The position numbers and the translations under genes are program-made. A DNA stretch of 64,000 nt from Octopus vulgaris. Its lineage: Eukaryota. The DNA is taken from NCBI GenBank assembly GCA_951406725.2, contig OX597814.1, positions 136,090,001 through 136,154,000 of the forward strand. The letters run 5' to 3'. The notes beneath the pieces are model-generated. The model was not told where the DNA came from and ran no database searches. It was given only the letters and a program-made list of their open reading frames with translations. Shown one piece after another: positions 11,561-23,256 of the stretch (positions within the stretch are counted from its first letter, which is position 1; the number at the start of each line of letters is the position of its first letter).

Positions 11561-14500
11561 TCCATGAAATTAGTATTTGTTGATGTCAATGACAAGCACC
11601 CCTTTAACAAACTAAGCTGACCCATATTTTAGGGACTAAATTCAGTGCTCAAACTTGTAGCAGCCTGACTGAAGCTTTGATTATCGAAAAGGGAGCATAC
11701 TTGTAACTTCTGCATGTCCTAGACTACAATGATTGTGATCATCATCCGCATCATCATTTAATGTCCATTTCCCATGCTGGCATGGGTTGGATGGTTTGAG
11801 TGAGGACTGGCAAGCCAGTAGGCTGCACCAGGCTCCAATCTCATCTGGCAAGGTTTCTACAGCTGGATGCCCTTCCTAACACCAACCACTCTAACAGCGT
11901 AGTAGGTGCTTTTTATGTGCCACTAGTATGGGAGCCAGTCAGGCAGCACTGGCATCAACTACGTTTAGACGGTTCTTTTTATGTGCCATTGGCACAGGAG
12001 CCAGTCAGGGGGTACTGGCATCAGTCTGAATATCTGAATTGATGTCTAGTGAAGGAATTCCCCAAAGAGGAAAGATATGGGAGCCTGATTGGAGGGTAGG
12101 ATATCCCAAAAGCTAGTACAGATGAGAAGCTTCTGTTGTAGCAGCAATATGAGAGAGAGAGGGGGGGAATAACATATGCCTGTGGACTAAAAGGTTGCTT
12201 GTGGGAGCAGTTTGGTTGGCCTTGTTTTTGATGTGGTCTAGCATGTAGTGGCAGCATTGTCCCAGATATCCATTAAAGTAAATCCATTAAGCATTCCATG
12301 ATCCATCAGCTAAGGACTCCTTAACTAACAACACTGTTACCATATCACTTATCTGTATTTTAGTGTTCATTACCACCTCTACCAATACTTCTACTCATCT
12401 CCACCACCCCCACATCAAATCAGTCCCAATTCTTTCCCTATCAATTATCTCCCTGTAGAAAAGAATTTGCCTTCATAGTTGTCTCCCTTACACCAATTCA
12501 ATAATGGGATTCACGTGCATAGTCATAGCTCTAAAGGACTACATCTTTCACTGCAAATTTTCTTTGGTGAGCTTAATGAAAAAAAACCCAAAAACTTTCT
12601 AGAATACACTCTCCTATAGAGAAAATATTTCAAGGAATGTTTTAGGCGATAGGTTTTCAGTGTTGGAAGGATTTCAGCCAATTTTTATGGAAGCAGACAT
12701 TGCACCAGACAACAATAAAATAGATAAATAAAAAAGACTGCACTCTTAAATTGAAAAAAAAAATATATATATATACAAAACTTTGCTGCCAAATAAGAAT
12801 GACTCATTATATGTATTAGGTGTGGCGTAATAAAATATGTGGTTCTACTGTTTGTAGTCAACATAAATTAGATATCACTATTTGATAGAATTTCTACTCT
12901 GCTTCTTCTCTTAGTATCTGTCTCACAACCCTATAAATGATTACACAGGAATGTAGGACTAATTTGAAATATGCAATGAGTGTGGGCTCTGTAATGAGAC
13001 AAGTTTGTTCATGTTATTCTACTCTGTTATTCTGTTGCTGGACAATTCTATATCAACACTGGAATTCACTAAAACTGCTTAGATTCTGAGTAGTTTGTTG
13101 CATGCACTAACCACTGAGTCTTTTTCTGCGTTCTTACCAACTTTTATAATAAAGCAGTGAATTGTTAATGCTTCCCTTCACAGCCCCGAACATAATGCAG
13201 TGGTTATCTTTGCTTATAGAGACTGCCACTACCAAATCAGTATCTACAAAGGACCTTCTATGAAGTTGCTTCACATGTTAGGAACAACAGACAAAATCTA
13301 TTTCAAATCATTCTCCACCCCATACTCTCAGAAAAAAAAAGGACACTTCAAATAATGTAATCTTTAATATGCAGTTGGAATACTTTTGCTCATGGTAGTC
13401 TGGTCAATCAGAACTGACCCAGACCTAAATATCAGCAGCAACAACCTGTGACTACTTCACAAGTACAGCCAATACAGAACACTATAAATACCTCTGCACA
13501 GCTACAATAAACTCAAACCAATGAAGGGAGCCCCCTACTTGGTTGTGTCATACACTAGAAATAGCAGTCAAATTTCCAACATATTACATCTTATTGCTTA
13601 AAAAAAAGAAAGGATAGGTTGGGTAATGTAGTGCAGAGTATGCAGTTTCTGAAAAATAAAAACAGGATAGTGATGACATAAACACCTTTTCATCATGGGC
13701 TTGCTAGATTGAGGCAAACAATCATAATTTCAGATGTTTTTTTTTCCTACACTATTAATTCACTGCAACCTCTACTTTAGACACCTTTGGACACTAGAAC
13801 CTCTACCAGATATCTCTGCACCTCTACACTAATCACAACTGTTACACTATCCACCACTACTATAATCACTCACCTATTCACAGCCAGATACATGGGGCAC
13901 AGAGTTAAATACAATAGCAAGGGAACAACAGTAACTATATGCTGCCAACAACAGAATGTAAACCCATGTCTCTTTAACCAATCACTGTACACTGTATCTA
14001 CTTGGCTATTCTCCATTCTATACTGTAATGCTGTATGTTCTCCACAGTATCACGCCATACTTACCACCTTAGCATGCTAGCTAGCACAGTTGTCATAAAA
14101 ATACCACCATAGCTCATGTCAAAGGTTGCCAATCAGTTGTCAATTATTCATAAAGAGAAGAAGGCTGGTATGTTTGGTGGAGATATTAAGTATGAGTATT
14201 AAAACAGAATAAAATTAAGTGGGCAAACTAAGAAATTAATGTAGATGCCACTGTATAGTTGATCAACTTGCAAGAATAGCAGCCAAATTTCCCTCAAATC
14301 ATAGCCAGACAAGTCTTAGAAAAACAGAGTGGTTGTGGTTAGAATTGCCTTTGATAATAGGTTTGCTCAGTTTAGGTTAACCTGGAGCTAAACAACAGCA
14401 CCAAGAAACAACAGAATAAATTTGAGCTATTTAAGTCAGTTTTACAAAAGTACTCTTCCGTATGTTTTGGGGGTGAGGGGAGGGAAGGCAAATTATTTTA

Positions 14501-14667
14501 GTCAAACAGAAGGTAATTTTTTTGCATACGGTGCAGGAATGACTGTCTGGTTAAGAAGTTTGCTCCTCAACTCCATGCTTTTGCATTCAGTCCCACCATG
14601 TGGCAACTTGGGTATCTTCTATTATAGACCTGGGCAGATCAAAGCCTGGATTTGCGAGACAAACTGA

Positions 14668-14707
<40 letters not shown>

Positions 14708-15384
14708 GTGTGTATATTTATGTTTGTATGTCTGTGTGTTTTTATGAGGGAGTTCATATTTCCCCCCATCTTCGTTTGTATTTGCTGATTGTAGACAATC
14801 AAAGCAGTGTTGCTCATGCAGATGGTCCCATTTGTGTGCAGTCTACCAAGAAAACATATCAAAACATGTTCTTGACACGTTGTATGATCTTTGTAAATGA
14901 AAGAGGAGAATCATTGAGCATCATTTGTTTCCAGTTTTCTGTGTGACCATGACCAGGCTGTTATTTGAAAGACTGGGAAATTATTAACTTGCCTTGGGTA
15001 CAGGTGGGGGTTGGCATCAGGAAGGACATCCAGCTGTAGAAAACCCTGCCCCAAAATACTCTCATCTAACCCATGCAAGCATAGAACAGCAGATGTTAAA
15101 AATGATGATTATAATGATTTTCTTATGGCATCTCATCAGGGATGTCCTTCTTTTAAGATATTTGCCTGAACTAGTCCTGTAGCAAAATCATACTGGAGCT
15201 TGATACATCATCAATCATGTATTCTGATCTCAAAATTTCAACAAGGGTGCCTTTCAGGGCTGATAAAATAAGGACCATTTGAACATTGAGGTTAATATAA
15301 TTGACTTAACTCTCTCATAAAATTGCTGGCCTTATGCCAAAATTCAAAACCATAATAATAATAATAATTATTATTATTATTAGT

Positions 15385-15980
15385 GATGATTGCATAGCCG
15401 CACTCCTTCAATCATGTAGGCAACGCAGTTTTCCTTTGTCTGGTGGCTGTGGCAAAAGAGGTTGTTTGGTGGACAAAGCTGAAAGGTATGAGGACAGACA
15501 CATTCTTCTTTGGTAGAGCTCTCATTGATTTTTTCAAGTTTCACTTGAAAAGGAAATTGAGAGTAGAAAGGGAAGTGCTATCCTTGAGTGAGTTTATTGG
15601 AAAGTGGGTGAATGTTGTGAAAATGGCAAGAGTGGATGGTACCTCTCTAAGTGTAGACTTGTGAGTCAGAGAGAAGGAATTGGAGAGGGCACTTGCTCTT
15701 GGTGTTCAGGGAAATCTCGGACAGTGGGGTCCCTGGTTATCCCTGGAGGCGTTCCTGTATCAGGAGGACCACATCTCTATCATCCTCTCCACACCCCGCA
15801 TTTTAACCTTTGTATGGTATGCCTATGTCTCTTCTTTTCCAGTGTATACTGTGTATACCTCTTTTTTTCTTATCATTTCATTATTATATGTAAACATCCC
15901 ACACTTTATGTCTGTCTCTGTATTGTCCCCCCTCATCCTTCACCCCTGTGGCAAATAAATGAAATCATTATTATTATTAC
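15385..15980 (+). mobile_element. Tx1/L1-type LINE 3' fragment
   Basis: FLCLVAVAKEVVWWTKLKG..FFKFHLKRKLRVERE..EFIGKW resembles an L1/Tx1 ORF2 C-terminus. A pyrimidine-rich 3'UTR follows, then AATAAA near 15954 and (ATT)n. Confidence 0.6.
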
Positions 15981-16173
15981 TATGATAGCAAGGTGGCAGA
16001 ATTCTTAGCATGCTAGGCAAAATGCTTAGTGGCATTTCATCTGTCCATACTTGGTTGACTCTCCTTTCATCCTTTCAGGGTCGATAAATTAAGTACCAAT
16101 GAAACACTGGAGTTGAGAAATTTCAGGCCTGTGCCTTTAGTAGAAAGGATAGTTATTATCATTATTATTACTG

Positions 16174-16560
16174 TTTTACTTGTTTCAGTCATTTGACTGC
16201 GGCCATGCTGGAGCACCGCCTTTAGTCGAGCAAATCGACCCCAGGACTTATTCTTTGTAAGCCCAGTACTTATTCTATCAGTCTCTTTTGCCAAACCGCT
16301 AAGTAACGGGGACATAAACACACCAGCATCGGTTGTCAAGCAATGCTAGGGGGACAAACACAGACACACAAACACACATACATATATATATATACATATA
16401 TACGACAGGCTTCTTTCAGTTTCCATCTACCAAATCCACTCACAAGGCATTGGTCAGCCCGGGGCTATAGCAGAAGACACTTGCCCAAGATGCCACGCAG
16501 TGGGACTGAACCCGGAACCATGTGGTTGGTAAACAAGCTACTTACCACACAGCCACTCCT
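16174..16560 (-). mobile_element. SINE family 1 copy
   Basis: Near-identical reverse complement of 18365-18746. Confidence 0.85.
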
Positions 16561-18364
16561 AGAAAAAATATTCCGAGCCAAATTGCAATAGCAGGAAATG
16601 TCACTAGTTTATATTAGCAACAAAGATGAGAGACAGAAGAAATAAATATGCAGACAAAGGAATATAATTGTCAATAAAATTTGTCAACTTAGACAAATTA
16701 AATTAAGATTTAATATGTGGGCCAGAGCTAAGAGCACAGTAGGAGTTTCTACACAGTCGACATTCTTTGTCTGTGAATTACACAATAGCCAGTATTCCTT
16801 CATGCACACAAACAGTACAAGATGTATATTATACTTCCTTAGATTAAAGTTACCTTTTAGAAGAGAAATTAGCTGCAGTTGACTCACTGAAGTTCCTCAA
16901 CTGCAGAAGGTATAGAACAGATAAATTTCTTAATCTTTACTATCGTCTCCATCCACTTCACAACTAAGATACTCTGGAATGGCCTTAGCTATGATGGTTA
17001 AAAAATACTGGAGAACCATGACACATTTTACATGAGCAGTTTGTGTAGCATTTGTTATTCTTTTTCTTTTTCTCTTCTTATAGGTCACTATCTAAATATG
17101 CACCCCTTCTGATTTATCGAATTTAACCTTGCAAGCCTTTAAAAATAATTGGAAATTTTACAAGGTTTCTGATACTGCTCAATCCTATAGTGTTTAAACT
17201 GGCCATATCCAGTCCCAATATTCTATCCGTTTTATGTTCATCACACCTGCCCTACAAAGTCATTCCAGGTTAAAAAAAAAAAAAAAAAGAATCACATCTT
17301 TGAAATTTTGAAGCTATAAGATAATGCATCATTAATTCAAAACAATATGAAGAAATAAGCATTACATTTGACAGAGAAATCTGAATGCTAAAGGTTTAAA
17401 GCAGTGGTTCTCGGTGCTTTTTGTTGCTTAGTATCTAATCCCTTTTCACAGCAAATGGTGTTTTAAAATCACCTCCTTTGCATGTTTTGACTCCACCCCT
17501 CTAAGAAAAAAGAAAAAAAAAAAAAGGGTGGGGGAATTTCGAGTTATTATCCATATTTCCTTATACTACCTAATCTAGAACATTACCTTTTTTCAGATTA
17601 GTGATTTACCCTGGTTAAAATTTTTCTGGTAATTAATAAAGAAAGTTAGGATTAATAATAAAATTACATTGGAACTTAGCACATCATCACACAATGTCCG
17701 ACACATATTTTAATTGCAACAAAGGTGCATCAAAAATGCATTTGAGACGTAAGTATAGTAATTGGTTTCACTATTTCATTTCAAACAAAAACCACAAACT
17801 CTAAAAGTCACAACACCTAATGCTCTCTCTAGACGTTTGTTTCACCTCTTGTAAGCTCACAAAGATATACAAAAGGGGCATGACCATCTAAGTCAAGAAT
17901 TACTATCCCATAAAAATAGATTATGCCACCCTGTGATACCTATTTACAATCAGCTTAATTAAGACACAGAGATTTAAAAATTTGATGGCTATAGATACAG
18001 CACATTGCAGCTGACAGGATACTAATTGCCAGTACTGAAGTTGCTAAGTCTAACAGTCCATCTGTAACACCATACAGTATAACATAATAGGTACTGATGG
18101 ACACAGGGACTATTGGGTGTTTCAATAATCAGGTGAGGCTGAGAAAAACTAGTCACGAATAAAAGAATGTTAAAGAGTGGATCAAGAACTGGAAGTTATC
18201 TCCTCCTGTTTCCTCACTATAATTAACTGAACAGAAACGTGAGCCTCATTAACTGTTCTCACTTAAGTATGGAACACACACACACACACACACACAAAGA
18301 AAAACCCTTAAAAAAATTTAAAAAACACCTCCAGCATAATTCTTTTACATCAAACTAATATATA

Positions 18365-18770
18365 GGCGCAAAAGTGGCTGTGTGGTAAGTAGCTTGCTAA
18401 CCAACCACATGGTTCCGGGTTCAGTCCTACTGCGTGGCATCTTGGGCAAGTGTCTTCTACTATAGCCCCGGTCCGACCAATGCCTTGTGAGTGGATTTGG
18501 TAGACGGAAACTGAAAGAAGCCTGTCGTATATGTATGTGTGTGTGTGTGTATTTGCGTGTCTGTGTTTGCCCCCCTAGCATTGCTTGACAACCGATGCTG
18601 GTGTGTTTACGTCCCCGTCACTTAGCGGTTCGGCAAAACAGACCGATAGAATAACTACTGGGCTTACAAAGAATAAGTCCTGGGGTCTATTTTCTCGACT
18701 AAAGGCGGTGCTCCAGCATGGCCGCAGTCAAATGACTGAAACAAGTAAAAAAAAAAAAAAAAAAAAAAAA
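18365..18770 (+). mobile_element. tRNA-derived SINE, family 1 (full-length, young)
   Basis: It has an A box TGGCTGTGTGG, a B box GGTTCAGTCC, a CORE-like CTTGGGCAAG, an internal (TG)n and an A-tail. More than 12 copies occur in the window, e.g. 5755-6120, 32560-32940, 33520-33910, 37545-37910, 38918-39305, 39821-40210 and 55070-55365. Confidence 0.85.
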
Positions 18771-19248
18771 AGAAAAAAATATACATATATATATATAAGT
18801 ATAAATGAGAATATATTCGTTATTTATTTGTTCATTTTTACATCCAGCTTTACATGATACCATGGATTAAAAGAATACATATTGAGGCATTACTTTACTA
18901 CCAAGGTATCTTTTCTGTCATTGTCCTCGACATATTTTTCAAGTAATGGTCTTTTTTTTTTTTTTTTTATTCCATTCATTTTCAATAGGCACAGCACTAT
19001 GAGACAATTTATGAGCAAGTAATGTCAACAGAAGACACTATTTTTTTTCATTGGTAGAATATAGACATTCATTCATGCAGTCATAAACACACATAAAGCT
19101 TCTATGCAGTTACCACCTGCCAATTTCACTCTCAAGGCATGAGCTGGCCCAAAGCTGAAGTAGAAGTCACTAGCATAAAGTGTCATGCAGTGAGATAAAA
19201 CTCAAGATTCAATGGCAACAAAGTAAACTTTGTATCCACCCATCCATG

Positions 19249-19279
<31 letters not shown>

Positions 19280-20929
19280 AATTTTAAGGTCCACTTTTCC
19301 ATGCTTGCATGGGTTGGATGCCCTTCCTGTTACTAACCCATACCTGTTTCCAAGTCAGGTAATTTTCCCCTATGATCAGTTATGTTTCTGCTGAACAGTG
19401 GAAATGAATGATATTCAATCACATTACATGATGTTACGACACAAACACAGCGTGTTTTAGCCTTCATCCACTTTAAGTAAAAGACACTTTCCCTAAGGTA
19501 CCACACAGTGAGACTGAACTTGAAATTAAGTGGGTGGGAAGCAAACTTCTTAACCACACAGCCATACCTGCTCCAATATATACTGATGGAAATACATACA
19601 TGTACCTACATGAATACATACAAATACATGTATACATATGAAGTTATACATAAACATGCATTTGTAAAGGTACATACATGTGCAAATGTATGCATAAATA
19701 TATTATGTACAGGTAGTACACATGCAAATATACAAACATACATAAAGTTATAAACATGTGTACACGAATTCATACATAATATAAAAATGCAAAAAAATGC
19801 ATGTCACTTATATTATGGCATTTGAACCTCAAGGGTATGCCCCGGCACTTGCCATTATCTATAACTCTGTCTTCCTTTACACAACCATCTCATTTATACT
19901 CTGATCCCTGTTCCTTGTGAGTATGCCTGGGATTTTGCCACCATCTCCATCCTGTGGTCGCTCACTCTTTCTCCTTCTGCACATCCCACAGGTTGGGCAA
20001 CCATGTATTTTCTTTGCAGTAGCACACCTGTTTTCATCCCTGATCTTTCTCTCACTGGCCAGGTAACTTTGTATTTCTTCAGCAACACTTCCTCCAATCC
20101 CTTCTACCCTCTTAAAAGTTTTTGTCTTTCAAGTACCACCTAAAAGCACCCAGTTCACACTGTAAAGTGGTTGATGTTCGGAAGGGCATCCAGCTGTAAA
20201 AACCTTGCCGAAACTGACCTCACCTGTGCTTGTGCCACATAAAAAGCACTAAGTCCACTCTGCTGCACAGAAGTCTGGTGCAGGCTTTGGCCTGGCCGCC
20301 TCTTGTGGTACTGTCCCACCCATGCCAGCATGGAAGATGGACATTAAATGATGATGATGTATTCATATTGAGCTATACATCAACATACATAGAATTATCT
20401 ATGTATGTGTACATGAAAACATATAAATATATGTATGCATATGAACTGAAGTATATCAATAGTGAATCTGCTGAGGTGTTAGCGAAACGGACAAATTTTC
20501 AGGATTCTAGACGGGGGAAAAATTTAGGAATTGCAATGTGAAAATTTGATTTTAGGTAGAAAAACACTTTCTCATTATTCACACTGTTTTTGAGAGAGTA
20601 TTTTCCTTAACGTTGATTTTAAAAGATACTAAAACTGAATTTATATCAAGCTGTTAATGTTATGTAATGTAATAAATTGTACTGAATCCAGTGAAAAGTG
20701 GTGGTGGATGGAGGTATCAGGATGGTAACTAGGGAAAAATACAGGAAGGGAAAACGAGGGGGAAAAAAAAAATTAAGAAATGCACAGATCCGTATTACAT
20801 ATAATTTACTGTTGATAAAACAGTTACCAGGTTTCCAGATTCTCATTGTTAATGGAAGTTGCAGATTAGATCACAGGTAGGTGTTACTAAGGTTACCAGC
20901 TGACAGAATGAAAAAAAATAATAATGTGC

Positions 20930-20969
<40 letters not shown>

Positions 20970-21109
20970 TATATATATAAATATATATAGGTGTGTGTGT
21001 AAAAGGGTCACTAATAGAACTATAGAATGTAGGTAAGAGAGAGTTCCAGCTGGCTTGTGTAAAATTATAAGAACTTCTGTGAATCAGAAACAGCAGTTCT
21101 AACTCATAA

Positions 21110-21314
21110 CAACACACACATATATGCGTGTGTGTGTGTGTGTGTATGTATATATGTACATATATATATGTACATATATATATGTACATATATGCGTGTG
21201 TGTGTGTGTATGTATATATGTACATATATATATGTACATATATGCGTGTGTGTGTGTGTATGTATATTTGTACATATATATATATATATGTACATATATA
21301 TATGTATGTATATG

Positions 21315-21350
<36 letters not shown>

Positions 21351-21497
21351 CATATATACATGTATCTATATATGTATATGTGTGTGTATATATATATAAT
21401 GTATACATGTATCTATATATGTAAATGTATGTGTGTGTGTATATATATACACATACATACATACACACATAGATTATATGTATACATATTACATATA
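21110..21497. repeat. Compound (TA)/(TG)/(TATG) microsatellite
   Basis: Seen directly in the sequence. Confidence 0.95.
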
Positions 21498-21499
21498 TT

Positions 21500-22143
21500 T
21501 CCTCTTTGCAATGGTCTTTTCAGTCTCGTGTCTGGTCCCAGCATGGCATTGCAAAGCAAACAAAGATTGCTGTGTACTGTGCTTGTGTACTGACATCACT
21601 CCTTTATTCATGTGAGACATGGACCCTTTACAAACGTCATGTAAGGGTCCTTGAATGCTTTCATCAGACTGTTGGCAGTACCTTAAAAACTCCAGACACA
21701 CAGGTCCTGAAGACAGCTGATACCAGGATCTCTAAGCAGATGCTATATGGGAAACCTGTGAATGAAAAGAGACCCGGGCAGAAACCAAGACTGCGATTTA
21801 AGGACTGTGTCAAGTCCTCATTAAAGGCCTGTGATATGCAGGAGACTGACTGGGAGAGCAATGCTTGTCATTGACACAGATGGAGGAAGCAGGTTAAGGA
21901 GGGAGTCAACACTTTTAAGAGAGCATGTAATCTGTATGAAGAACTTAGCGTGCTGCTCAAAAGCACATTGCTGGTGTAGAGAATGGGGAAAGCTTGGTTT
22001 ACAATGTTTGCAGCTGGGTATGCTTGTCAAGAGCAGTGCTCATTAGCCACCAATGGAGCTGCAAAATATAAGTTAGTCCTAGAGCGCACAATGTTTCTGA
22101 AGGTCAGCAATAGTCTTCCTCAGTCATGAGAGGATGGCCATCA
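21500..22143 (+). mobile_element. RTE-clade (BovB-like) LINE 3' fragment, internally deleted
   Basis: TKIAVYCACVLTSLLYSCETWTLYKRH..LECFHQ..KQMLYG..KPRLRFKDCVKSSLKAC..WE is a typical RTE C-terminus. Stops and deletions are present. Confidence 0.85.
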
Positions 22144-22156
22144 TATATATGTGTGC

Positions 22157-22227
<71 letters not shown>

Positions 22228-22287
22228 ATATATATGTATATAAGTAAATAAATGGAGTTGAACGGGGATGTTATTAAAATTCTTTTA

Positions 22288-22370
22288 CTTTCCACATATG
22301 TTTCAAAGACAACATTGGTTTAATTCCAAAGGAATAACCGGTGTAAAATGCAATCTTCTCATCAGGAAAG
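22288..22370 (-). ncRNA. Type I hammerhead ribozyme fold (Penelope-like element type) with cleavage triplet GUG
   Basis: 5'-CUUUC CUGAUGA GAAGAUUGCAUU..AAUGUUGUCUUU GAAA CAUAUG UG GAAAG-3'. Both core boxes are present, stem I is CUUUC/GAAAG, stem II is long and the stem III region ACAUAUGU is palindromic. Confidence 0.7.
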
Positions 22371-22697
22371 AAAGAGAGCCTCTCTCAACAACAAGACATT
22401 ATAACAATTACGATGACTGTCTAAATGATAAACAGTACGTTATTAAGTATTTAAAAAAAAACGTTAGTAGATTTGACGTCACAGGCAGATACTAGATAGA
22501 GAAGGGTTAAAGAAATAAGTAGAGAACAAATAAAGAGGAATACATTGGTTGAAAAAGTGTTCAAAGGCTTAGAAGTAGATTTCTCTATTGAAGTAAAGTG
22601 CAATTTAAACCCTGGCAACGTTTATTGAATTTTTCATGTTAACGGTAAACAAAGGATAATTCATTCAGCAATTTATTTATTAATTTTTATATATATA

Positions 22698-23104
22698 TCA
22701 TCATCATCATCATCGTTTAACGTCCGTTCTCCATGCTAGCATGGGTTGGACGGTTCGACCGGGGATATGGGAAGCCAGAAGGCTGCACCAGGCTCCGGTC
22801 TTATCTGGCAACGTTTCTACAGCTGGATGCCCTTCCTAACGTCAACCACTCCGTGAGTGTAGTGGGTGCTTTTTACGTGCCACCTGCACTGGTGCCAGGC
22901 GAGGCTGGCATCGGCCACGGTCGGATTGGTGCATTTTATGGAAGCCAGTCGAGGCGGCACTGGCTTTGGCTACGATTCGGATGGTGCTTTTTACGTGCCA
23001 CCGACACGGAGCCAGTTGAGGCGGCGCTGGCATCGGCCACAATTCGGATGGTGCATTTTATGGAAGCCAGTCGAGGCGGCACTGGCTTCGGCTACGATTC
23101 GGAT
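22698..23104 (-). mobile_element. Retroposon family 3 with (GAT)n tail and internal tandem units
   Basis: On the minus strand it reads TGGTTGACGTTAGGAAGGGCATCCAGCTGTAGAAAC..CGGACGTTAAACGATGATGAT, with repeated GGTGCTTTTTACGTGCCA units. Copies lie at 2794-3105, 11741-12020, 35340-35625, 39455-39750, 55915-56084 and 56172-56612. Confidence 0.8.
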
Positions 23105-23105
23105 G

Positions 23106-23179
<74 letters not shown>

Positions 23180-23256
23180 GTATATATATATATGTAAATA
23201 TATATATATATGTATATATATATGTATATATATGTATATATATATATATGTATATA

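Noticed and set aside
16067-18857. Recurrent ORFs MTTDAGV.. and MLGGQTQT.. resembling a gene family
   Set aside because: They are read-throughs of family 1 SINE copies.
22860-23104. CRISPR-like repeat/spacer appearance
   Set aside because: These are internal tandem units of a retroposon with repeated spacers, in a eukaryotic context with no cas genes.
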